Below are positions 1 to 10,250 of a stretch of 64,000 nt of DNA, piece by piece. The notes under the pieces are model-generated. The model was not told the origin of the DNA. It searched no databases and saw nothing but the letters and a program-made list of their open reading frames with translations. This stretch comes from Anthoceros angustus. Taxonomy: Eukaryota; Plantae; Anthocerotophyta. The stretch is from positions 992,001-1,056,000 of the forward strand of contig MU008165.1 in NCBI GenBank assembly GCA_010909165.1, given 5' to 3'. The stretch's first letter is position 1; each line of letters opens with the position of its first letter. The position numbers were made by a program, and so were the translations under genes.

Positions 1-747
1 GGCCATAGAGCCTGAGGACTTGCTGGAGACATGGGCCTCAACCAACCTGCGCCACTCTGTTTGCCCGAGGCGGAGACGGTTGGGGGGGCCGACTCGCCGC
101 TGCATCGGCCAGGCATGGCGGCAATTATGGCAGAATCCCATGTTCATGAACTGCGTGTTCGAGGCGAGGGACAACCCCGGGGGCTCGGGGACACTGCACC
201 ACATCAAAAAGGGGAAGTCCATCTTGCGGATGAGCGAATGTGTGGTGAGTCGCGTGTGTTTGGAGTGTTCATCATAACCTGCAGACCTTTCATTCTAACA
301 CATAGGCCTCGACTCACAGGCACGGTTCTTTGGCTACCTTGTGTACATGGTCTTGTGACCGTGCGTAAGTGTCATGCCCCATGGCCAGTGGCCACAATTA
401 CTGCCCGCCCAGCGGCCCGGATGGGCCAGGCGTGCACAAGGTGTGGCAAGATGCGCTGGGCTCATCGTTCTTGAGGAAGGCCTTCAAGTCGGACATGAAA
501 GCCTGCTACTCGGAGGTGATGGGTGTGTTGTCTTTGCTGAAGAAGGCCTCGTGGGCAAGTGCAGACCGTCAACATGCGGCCATCAAGGAGGCGGTTGCCC
601 TCATCACGGCTGGGGACTCGGAGTTTTTTCGACATTTTGCACGGCTTCGTCCTGGACCGCAGTTGGGCATGGAGGTGAGCATGGTGGAGGAGAGGCTAAC
701 TGAGGAGCTCTTGTTTAAAAAGTGCTTGCATGTTGGAGGGCTTGTCG
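1..747 (+). pseudogene. Divergent HECT-domain E3 ubiquitin ligase-like sequence, 5' part (interrupted by copia insertion)
   Basis: Near 60-145 the frameshifted reading F-A-R-G-G-D-G-W-GGPTRRCIGQAWRQLWQNPMF resembles the HECT N-lobe F.GE.G.D.GG.TREFF motif. ORF 369-747 ends LTEELLFKKCLHVGGLV and joins in frame with 8784 onward once the element and one TSD copy are removed. Confidence 0.6.
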
Positions 748-1017
748 TGATGAAATATATTAGGTATAGGGCACTATTCACTAGGGCACCTTTACTTAAT
801 GATTATTATATGCCTAGGGCACTAAGTAGTTTTCTTTAGGTGGTTATTTAGGTAGTTAGTTGTTATAACCACTTATGGTTACAACCACTTATAGTTACAA
901 CAACTTATGGTTGTAACCACCGACTCTACCTACTATTTAAACACTCTTGTATTTTCTATTATGTAATGCAACTCTACAAGACTCTTTTGCAAGTGCGTTT
1001 GTGCGTGATTCTCATCA
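748..1017 (+). repeat. 5' LTR of copia element 1 (270 bp)
   Basis: TG...CA ends; matches 8512-8778 apart from a 3-bp indel and 2 substitutions by eye. Confidence 0.97.
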
Positions 1018-1028
1018 TGGTATCGAGC
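1018..1028 (+). promoter_or_regulatory. Primer-binding site (initiator tRNA-Met type)
   Basis: TGGTATCGAGC directly after the LTR; the canonical plant copia PBS is TGGTATCAGAGC (one A missing here). Confidence 0.9.
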
Positions 1029-3036
1029 TTGGCTCTAGATGCTTGAGCACCTTGCTTGCCTCTTCTTTAGGCATGAATTCTTTTGTGCATTACTAATTTT
1101 GCAGCATGGAATTTTGGCTTGGAGGCAACTTTACAGTTATGCTCAACATCATATTTTTATGATGCACAAATTGTGCATCACTTTCTTGACTCCTTCTCAT
1201 GGGGCAAGGAAGTAGGAGGAGATTGAAGGCTGCATCAAGGAGAATGCATCAAATTATAATAATTCGATAAATTTATAGATCCAATTGAAAGAGATTCTAA
1301 ATTTATTAGCAATTTTATTGGTGCAATCCTTATAAAATCGAGAATCAAGGAGAGTTGATTGAGGTTGCTAAGAGAGATTTACTTACTTGTTTTAGTTTAT
1401 CACAAGTAGAATCTCTAGTTTTAGCACTCCAACACATTCCTAATCTACATCTTTGGTCTGTTGTGATTAGTAGCATGATTCTCTGACCTCTCCTTAAATC
1501 TATCAAAATAGATTCGAACTTAGACATGATGTCATTAGTAGACAATTGTCGTCTTTGGCTCATGCCTTCAATCATTTAGATGGATGCATTGAAGACTTAG
1601 ATACTAAAATGTCTAAAAGTTCCCTGCAGAAATTCACATTTTTACCTGCAGATTCTGTTTTTGATATGATTGGAGCATCGTCTGGTGAAATCTCCTCCAA
1701 GACGCACACGACGTAGTCGTGGTCTTTAAACATCACCGCCATGGCTAGTCGGGAAGATGAGGGAGAGCAACTTGACGAAGAAGTCAACATCAACAAGGAC
1801 CTTATTGAGACCAAATCAATGGTTGTCAATAATTATGGAGACTTCAAAGAAAAGGATGATTCAATGGCAAGGACTACGGCGTCGCGCTGCGAATGAGGGA
1901 GTATTATGAACCGTGACCTATGGGATATTGTCGGAGCCTTAGAGCGCCCAAGATGGGGTCGACAAAACGCACTGGATGCGAAGGATGAGAGAGCCAGGAT
2001 ATGATTATCGGTGGTCTCTCTCTCCATATGGTACGGCAAATCAGCGAGGCAGGATCCTCCAAGGAAATGTGGGATCACCTCGCACAATTATACTCCTCCA
2101 AGGATGTTATGAGTCCGATGACTACTCGTAACTTCCACAACCTTAAGATGAGGGAATCGACACCATTGAACACCATATTAGTGCTTTTCGAATGGCAAGA
2201 TCCCAACTTGAAGTCGCTTCAACTCCAAGCTCTCCGAGTTAACATGCTTTGTTGCATTATTATCCTCTCTTCCATCCTCCTATAGATCATTTGTGACAAC
2301 TCAAAATGTCAGTATTGAGAACAGCCCGAAAAATATGGACAAGCATGATACCTTGGACATAAGTATAAATGAGTTGATCGGAGCATTGATACAGGAGGAG
2401 TCCAATGACGCCAAGACTCACGAACTAGCCGGGCAGCAAGTGATGTACAGGAAGAGGCAGAGGAAGTGGTCGCGGTCGAGGCCGCAAACGGACCTCCTTC
2501 CACTAAGCCCGCCACTTCATCCAGCTTCTGGAGCTTCTCCGCCTTCTTCTACACCGCAAGAGGTAATAAGAAGACGGAATTATTTGCAATTGGTGCGTAA
2601 TCCCAAATCACATGGAGAAGGACTGCGAAGGAAGAAAATGGTGAGCCTAGGAAAGAGGCCTCACCGCGCACATGTTCGTGAAGAAACCATCCTCTTCAAC
2701 TCCTTCGCCTTACAGATGCCCGCATCCTCCTACAAATCAATTCGTACCTTGATAGTGGAGCTACCTCACACATCATGACAAAGACTCCTTTGAGTCATAT
2801 TCCCCAACCACAGGACACCGATCGTCCTCTTGGGTGATGATCACAACCTCCCAATAGCGGTGCAGTTCGGGTTGTCCTCGATGTTCCACAGTCGACTCTT
2901 CACTTACGCCATGTCCTTCATGTACCAGCCATGTGTAAAAATCTAGTCTCGCTAGTTTATGTCATGCACATACTATGCAAGTCACACTTTATGCGATAGT
3001 TGTCTTATTTCATACACCTCCAATAAGTCACATGCC

Positions 3037-4589
3037 ATCTGCATAGGCATACTAGAAGATGGGCTATACAAACTTTCAGCTCAAGTGGGTCCCACACATT
3101 CCATCAATGTCGCGTCCCCAATTCGCACCACCCAGCCATACCATGTTGTGGCATTGTCGTCTCGGTCATCCTAATAGCCAAAAATTAGTACAAATGTCTA
3201 AGGCGGAAATCTATACACCGCCTTCTCAAATTCAACACCTTCCATGGTGTGAGACTTGTGTCATTACCAAAGACATCAAGCCCCTTCCGAACATCTCTCC
3301 ACAGAGGCGACATCTCCTCTAGAGCTTGTTCATACAGACATTTGTGGCCCTATCTCTACACCTTCCTTCGGTAGCGATATTTTTGACCTTCATCGAGACT
3401 ACTCCCGCTTTACACTCACCTATATCCTTAATCACAAGGGTGATACTTATCATTTCTTCAAGGACTATATGGCTGGCGGAGAGATTGAGAGAAGAAACTC
3501 AAGACCTTACGTTGACAATGGTGGCGAGTTTACTTCTAAGCTTTGAGGACTTTTGCCGAGCTCAAGGTATAGCTCAACAACTCACTGTTGTATACACTCC
3601 TCAACAAAATGGCGTAGCTGAAAATAAAAATCTGCGCCTTCAAGAGATCACCGGCTGCTTGTTAACCCAAGCAAATTTACCCAAAGTATATTGGGCTGAG
3701 GCACTCCTCACAGCCACATATCTCATGAATCGACTGCCCACTTCTGCAGTCAAAGGTATGACACCTTACGAAGCCTTTATTGGCAAGAAGCCTTCTATTG
3801 ATCATCTCGCATTTTGGATCTGCATAGGCATACTAGAAGATGGGCTATACAAACTTTCAGCTCAAGTGGGTCCCACACATTCCATCAATGTCGCGTCCCC
3901 AATTCGCACCACCCAGCCATACCATGTTGTGGCATTGTCGTCTCGGTCATCCTAATAGCCAAAAATTAGTACAAATGTCTAAGGCGGAAATCTATACACC
4001 GCCTTCTCAAATTCAACACCTTCCATGGTGTGAGACTTGTGTCATTACCAAAGACATCAAGCCCCTTCCGAACATCTCTCCACAGAGGCGACATCTCCTC
4101 TAGAGCTTGTTCATACAGACATTTGTGGCCCTATCTCTACACCTTCCTTCGGTAGCGATATTTTTGACCTTCATCGACGACTACTCCCGCTTTACACTCA
4201 CCTATATCCTTAATCACAAGGGTGATACTTATCATTTCTTCAAGGACTATATGGCTGGCGGAGAGATTGAGAGAAGAAACTCAAGACCTTACGTTGACAA
4301 TGGTGGCGAGTTTACTTCTAAACAGTTTGAGGACTTTTGAGCTCAAGGTATAGCTCAACAACTCACCGTTGTATACACTCCTCAACAAAATGGCGTGGCT
4401 GAAAATAAAAATCTGCGCCTTCAAGAGATCACCGCTTGTTAACCCAAGCAAATTTACCCAAAGTATATTTGAGGCACTCCTCACGACCACATATCTCATG
4501 AATCGATTGCCCACTTGCGGTCAAGGTATGACACCTTACGAAGCCTTTGGCAAGAAGCCTTCTATTGATCATCTCGCATTTTTGGATCT
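3037..4589 (+). repeat. 781-bp direct tandem duplication of the integrase region
   Basis: 3037-3817 recurs at 3818-4589; the ORF track shows identical peptides at 3059 and 3840; ATCT microhomology at the junction. Confidence 0.95.
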
Positions 4590-6047
4590 CCGGCATATGT
4601 TTTTATCCCTAAAGCATTGCGTAAGAAGTTAGATCTGAAGGCGGCCAGATATACTTTTATTGGTTATACGGAAGGCATCAAGGGCTATAAATTATTTGAT
4701 CCTTCCACCCAAAAGCTCCTTTACGCTCGCAACGTCACTTTTCATGAACATTCCCTATTTTCTCCTTCAGTGGGAGCTCCTCCGCCTCCCCATCCTTCAT
4801 TTGCTGATGCGGAGCCTAAATGTTCTTCTTTTGATACTAGTGACTACATTATGGACTTCCCTGTTCCTGCTCTCCGTGTCCCTTCCGATGGACCTATTAT
4901 GCGAGGAGGAGGAGTTAGCCCCTTCTTACGTCCCGACTCACCTTCATTAGATACCGAGGAACCTCAACATTTTGAGGATATTCACGATGATCCGGACGAA
5001 CCCGAGCGTGACCACAGTATTTAGTTGAGGACCCTCCTCGTGAATCAACCCTTCTTGAAGACGAAGACGAGCAACGCACAAAGGTACAATCTCGTAACTG
5101 CACCAACCATCCTCGGTCCTGCAGTTGGAAGGAGCCTCCTTTGGGATACCTAGCTACTTAGCCGTATATCGCAACTATTGACCCAAGAACCCACTACTCT
5201 CAAACAAGCCTTCTCATCCCCGAAAAGGACTTATGGAAGGCAGAGATTCTGAATATGACTCCTTGATCAAGAATTCTACATGGAATCGTCAAACCCCTAA
5301 GGGAGGAAGATAGTGACAAGCAAATGGGCATTTAAAATCAAGAGAAAAGGAGATAGTTCCATTGAAAGATATAAGGCACGTCTAGTAGCGAGGCTTTACA
5401 CAAATTCTGGCCTAGACTACGTACCTTGGGCCACTTATGCCCTAGCCAAATTTGCTAGCCTTGAATGATATTTGCCTTATCGCGATGATCTTGAACTCCA
5501 TATGATGGATGTAAAGACAGCATATTTACATGGGCATCTACAAGAAGAAATATACATGAAACAACCTGAGGGTTATGAGGTTAAAGGCAAAGAAGATTTG
5601 GTGTGTAAGCTTATTAAATGTATCTACGGATTGAAGCAATCCGGTAAGGAATGGAACACCGTAATACATATTAAGCTTATTAAACGAGGTTTTAGACAAG
5701 CAAGATTCTTGCATGTATATCTTAATCTGGAAAAGAGATAATTTACCTCTTACTCTACCGACGTATTTATGGCTTCCTCTTCATCCTCTCTCCTAGCCGA
5801 GATTAAAGCTTGGTTAAGAAGTCATTTTGAAATGACCGATCTTGGAGAGTCGACTTACACTTGGTGTTAATATTATGAGAGATAGAAGCAGTAAGACTTT
5901 AAGCGTTTTTCAAACAAAATTATTAAGGAAAGCTTAATCAAATTTGAATTAGAAGACGCTAAACTCCTTTTGCTAGTGGGTTACGACTCACGTTGGAAAT
6001 GAGTCCTAAAACAGATGCAGATAAGTTACAGATGTCAGCAGTTCCTT

Positions 6048-6520
6048 ATCGACATGCTGTTGGCACACTTATATATTTGAGCAACTTCACCAGGCTTGAC
6101 ATAGCTTTTGAAGTTAGTGTTTGTTCACAATTTTTGGAGAATCCTGGTCGTGAACATTGGGCATCTGTCAAACGTATATTTAGGTACCTTAAGGGTACAA
6201 TGAATACAGGATTAGTTTATCAACATACACCAAGTATGAACAAACCAATATTAACGGCATATGCTGATGCCGACTATGCTGGTGATCGACATCTTGTTGG
6301 CACACTTATATATTTGAGCAACTTCACTAGGCGACATAGCTTTTGAAGTTAGTGCTTGTTCACAATTTTGGAGAATCGGTCGTGAACATTGGGCATCTCA
6401 AACGTATATTTAGGTACCTTAAGGGTACAATGAATACGATTAGTTTATCAACATACACCAAGTATGAACAAACCAATATTAACGGCATATCGATGCCGAC
6501 TATCTTTGTGATCCCGACAC
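6048..6520 (+). repeat. ~240-bp tandem duplication at the RT/RNase H boundary
   Basis: ATCGACAT..TGTTGGCACACTTATATATTTGAGCAACTTCAC occurs at ~6048 and ~6288; KRIFRYLKGTMNT is encoded twice. Confidence 0.9.
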
Positions 6521-7905
6521 ACGGCGATCGATGTCGGCTATGTACTTATGCTATGCAAAGCTCCCATATCATGGTCAAGTAAGAAACAAACGACCATTGC
6601 CCTTTCAAGCACCGAGTCGAGTATAGAGTACTAACCTCGGTTGCCAAGGATATTGTATGGAGTAGGTTAGCCTTAAGTGAGCTCAATCACACACAAGACA
6701 ACCCTACACCTCTATGTTGATAGTCAAGGAGCCATAGCATTAGCCGAAATCTGCTTTCCATTCTAGGACTAAACACATAGTCGAATACCATTACATTAGA
6801 GAAATGTTGGGAAATAAAACTATTGATATTAGTTATATTCAAACTCGGGATAACGCAGATTTATTCACAAAGTCCCTTGGTCGGAATTACATATTAAACA
6901 TATGAAGACCTTAGGTATATTAGATACCAAGTCAATACCAACCTAACCAAGAAGATCGCTACTATCTCGATTAAGTTAACCTTATTTCTTCAAGCCCATT
7001 TCTTAACTACATATTCCATTTCCTCTTCAATTTCTAAATGGTCTTCGTAGTATTCCCCAAAGATCCTTGCTAAGTGCCCAAGCATCCTAAACCATAGTGC
7101 AAGAAGGGTCAAAATAATATTTCTTTATTATAACTTTTGCTTATTGAGAACACTTACTATAGATGTGCTTAGTGTGTCCTCGAACTCCTTACGCTCGAAC
7201 CTAGTCACACCATGTGGATTCCGTAATTTGGTACACATATTCAACTGGAGGGTTAGAAGCCGCATAATCTCCGGGCACACTATGTAAGTGGTAGTGGTCA
7301 ATCCACCTTCGTGCATGCACTGCTAGCTTGGACTTCCTTGCAATATAGCTTGGACTCGGCTTAATGGGTGGATCACAAGTCTTAGGAGACTTGCCCTTGC
7401 ATAAATTTTCTTCAAGAAAATCAGATCAATTTCGTGAATCGTGAGTGGAACATTTCAGCACGTATGAGCATATGTGGGCATGAAAGTTGGTTCCTACCTT
7501 TGCTATTAGATTCTTCATGAAGGTTATCAGCTATATTTTTCACGACGATGATATCTCGATTACACCAACGTGCACGAGAGGTGTGTTGTGATGAAGATCA
7601 ATTGTCGGCATTCCACTGCCATTCGCGATTCAACCCATGTTTTCATATACGAAGTTCAAAATTTGAGGCTTCACCATCCACGAGGTTCCAATTACATCAC
7701 GTTGTTGTTTCCAATGGTATAGTCATGGCGGCCATCTTCCACAGCTACGATGCCGTGCCTTCGCTTGACCTTATGATATGTGAATTTCCAGCCACTTTAG
7801 GAAACAGATGGATATCGCCATGATTGCATCGGTGGCAATCTGCTTATTCTTCCTTGTGGTGCTGCAAAGCACACGCAATGCCGTTGTGGTATGAAATTGT
7901 GGTCC

Positions 7906-8004
7906 GCAATGGAAGGAATCCTCCCCAACGGGACTGGTGTTGTAGGAGGTCGGAGGATCTTTTTGCAAATTCAGCAGTTCCTTCTGGATGCGTTTCCCCG
8001 CCAT
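7906..8004 (-). pseudogene. Captured 5' fragment of a UBC8/UBC4-5-class ubiquitin-conjugating E2 gene
   Basis: Translates [32 protein letters not shown], matching the plant E2 N-terminus [33 protein letters not shown]; similarity stops after H32. Confidence 0.9.
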
Positions 8005-8500
8005 GGATGTCCTGTGAGCACAGCCTAAGGGCGCCCTGTTTGGAGGGGAGAACACAAGCAGACAATGGCCGCAATGGCCGCAACAGCAGGAAGGTATGAA
8101 GACGAGGTATCAGCAATCAAGCCCCACACATGCAGGAAACTGCCAGCTATTTGCTGCACTAGAACTCTAGGCCTGGGCGCCCCTCTGGAAATGGTCGACA
8201 GCAGGAAAAATCGGCTGGCGACGGCGCACCAGGGGGCAGAAGCGCGAGCTGGCTCCGCCGTCCGCCATAGCCGCGACGCGGATGGCTGCTCGGTGGACGA
8301 CGGCGGCGAACCGCCAAGCCCGTCCGTTAAGTTTTCTTTTCGGCATTTTCATTTTAAAAATATTTTCCTATTTTCTTATATAGGTTATTTCCTTTATGTT
8401 TTTAAATTAATTTTGCTTAAGGTCTAGTCTTCAGTTTTAGGCCTATTTTGGCTCATTTTGAAGCTAGAAAAATCCTCTATTTTGTCACCCATAGTTCACA

Positions 8501-8511
8501 GTGAGTGGGAG
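8501..8511 (+). promoter_or_regulatory. Polypurine tract of element 1
   Basis: GTGAGTGGGAG immediately before the 3' LTR. Confidence 0.8.
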
Positions 8512-8778
8512 TGATGAAATATATTAGGTATAGGGCACTATTCACTAGGGCACCTTTACTTAATGATTATTATATGCCTAGGGCACTAAGTAGTTTTCTT
8601 TAGGTGGTTATTTAGGTTAGTTGTTATAACCACTTATGGTTATAAACACTTATAGTTACAACAACTTATGGTTGTAACCACCGACTCTACCTACTATTTA
8701 AACACTCTTGTATTTTCTATTATGTAATGCAACTCTACAAGACTCTTTTGCAAGTGCGTTTGTGCGTGATTCTCATCA
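8512..8778 (+). repeat. 3' LTR of copia element 1 (267 bp)
   Basis: Near-identical to 748-1017 and followed by TSD TGTCG. Confidence 0.97.
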
Positions 8779-8783
8779 TGTCG

Positions 8784-9205
8784 GGGACGGGTTCAGACTC
8801 GTGGTGCACAGCTTGGACGCTCGGGCGGTGATGCCGATTGTGAACTTGCTATCTTTGGAGGTGGTCAGTTTTTTTTTCTCCGGTGCTCAAGGATGTACAG
8901 CAGATGACTTCCTGAACGGGACTTCCTTTGAGGCATGCACCACGGAGCTGAAGAGCATGTTCGTCGCGACAGTGCGGAGGGTGTCTTTTGCGGACAGAGC
9001 GAAGCTGTACACCTTCATAACGGACCGCGTGTTCTTTGGGGAGGGGGCGCCAATTGTGGTGTTTGAAGTACCATTGATGGCGGAGGATGACTCCCCACGC
9101 CCATGACGCGGGACATTGCTCCTTCCATTGTATGACTCCGAGGACACTATGTGCGCGAGGGTGCTGACTGCCATTTCTCACAACACGGTTTATGGCATGG
9201 CCTAG
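8784..9205 (+). pseudogene. Divergent HECT-domain E3 ligase-like sequence, 3' part (C-lobe)
   Basis: GDGFRLVV...LLSLEVVSFFFSGAQGCTADDFLNGTSF...FVATVRRVSFADRAKLYTFITDR...DDSPRP*RGTLLLPLYDSEDTMCARVLTAISHNTVYGMA* is colinear with the HECT consensus GF..V...FS.EEL..LI.G...D..DL...T.Y...FW.VV..F..EER.KLL.FVTG...LP.AHTC...L.LP.Y.S.E.LR.KL..AI....FG. Confidence 0.75.
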
Positions 9206-9388
9206 CCTAGGTTGCCGAACCATTGTAGGGAGGTGTCGAAGTCGGTGTGTGATGGGTGATGTGAAGTTGGGAGTGTGCACTTCCTGTTTTCGAAATGCCA
9301 TCTTCTTGGTGAATATCGATCAGCTACGAATTGCGTTTTCATTGACTCCGGTGTTTGGATGTGAGTATGTGGGGCCGAATCAGGTCGC

Positions 9389-10250
9389 TTGTGCATAGAA
9401 CACGAGAGGCAAATTAATGCACCCGCTGCGCTGGACGAGGACAACGTAACGGTGCGTGCAGGTATCTTAATGTCTGGCAGGAGGAGCAATCACAGCGCAT
9501 CGGTGAAGGCGGCCGCGGCAGTGGCGGAACAGAATATTGTGGACGAGAAATCGCGATGCCCGGCCTATGCAATTTTCACCGGGAGGGGAAGAGTCCATAC
9601 GCGCCGCAGTTGTAGGTAGACTCCATCCACGGGCGAGAGTCCGAGTTGAAGAAATCGTGGAACCATGGCCGGGTCATCGGGGAGAGCTGGCGGCCGTTAC
9701 AGCCGAGGGCGCGACGCCAATCGATGAATTCACATGGGTAGAGGCCGAGGCGGTTCTTGAGGAGGGGCAAAGGCTCGGGGAGGGGGTGGAAAACATTCAT
9801 TGACACCGGGGAATGAAGTCACGAGGCGGCGCGGCTGGCGCGGCTGGTTTTGCAGGTTGGGGCCACAGCGGGCGGCGCGTCGCGAAGGGCGACGCACGAA
9901 GCGTGGGATGGGGATGGCGCGGCAGGGGACGCGCATACGCGGATGACCGCGAACAAGAGGGCGAGGACAACGTAACGGTGCGTGCACGGGTGGAACCATG
10001 GCGGGACATGATCGAGCATATCTTGGAGGGCGACGCACGAAGCGTGGGATGGGGATGGCGGGACATGATCGAGCATATCTTGGAGGGCAGATTGGAGGAG
10101 GCAAGGGCTGCGGGATTGGACTCATGGGTGGTTTTGGTGCGTGCACGGGGTGGAACCATGCCAGCAGTGGAGGATGCCCCGGATGAGAGGTGGGCAATGC
10201 AGATTGTGGACGAGCAGGGGTTGAAGCACCACTTCTTCAGGGAATTTGAA
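9389..10250 (+). other. GC-rich mosaic of short duplicated segments, unidentified coding-like remnant
   Basis: Exact or near-exact repeats: 9436-9460 = 9962-9986; 9886-9919 = 10027-10060; ~9997-10031 recurs at ~10055-10088; ~9978-10000 recurs at ~10137-10160. Confidence 0.6.

Larger units (their letters stand above)
1741..6946 (+). pseudogene. Frameshifted copia gag-pol polyprotein of element 1
   Basis: Motifs across frames: SSKEMWDHLAQLY (gag), LWHCRLGH...CETC (GAG-pre-integrase/HHCC), LVHTDICGP, DNGGEF, YTPQQNGVAE (integrase), HMMDVKTAYLHG, KCIYGLKQSG (RT), YADADYAG (RNase H). Confidence 0.93.
748..8778 (+). mobile_element. Full-length Ty1/copia LTR retrotransposon (element 1)
   Basis: Two LTRs with TGATGA...TCATCA termini, 5-bp TSD TGTCG (743-747 and 8779-8783), PBS and PPT, and domain order gag-PR-IN-RT-RH. 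Confidence 0.97.
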
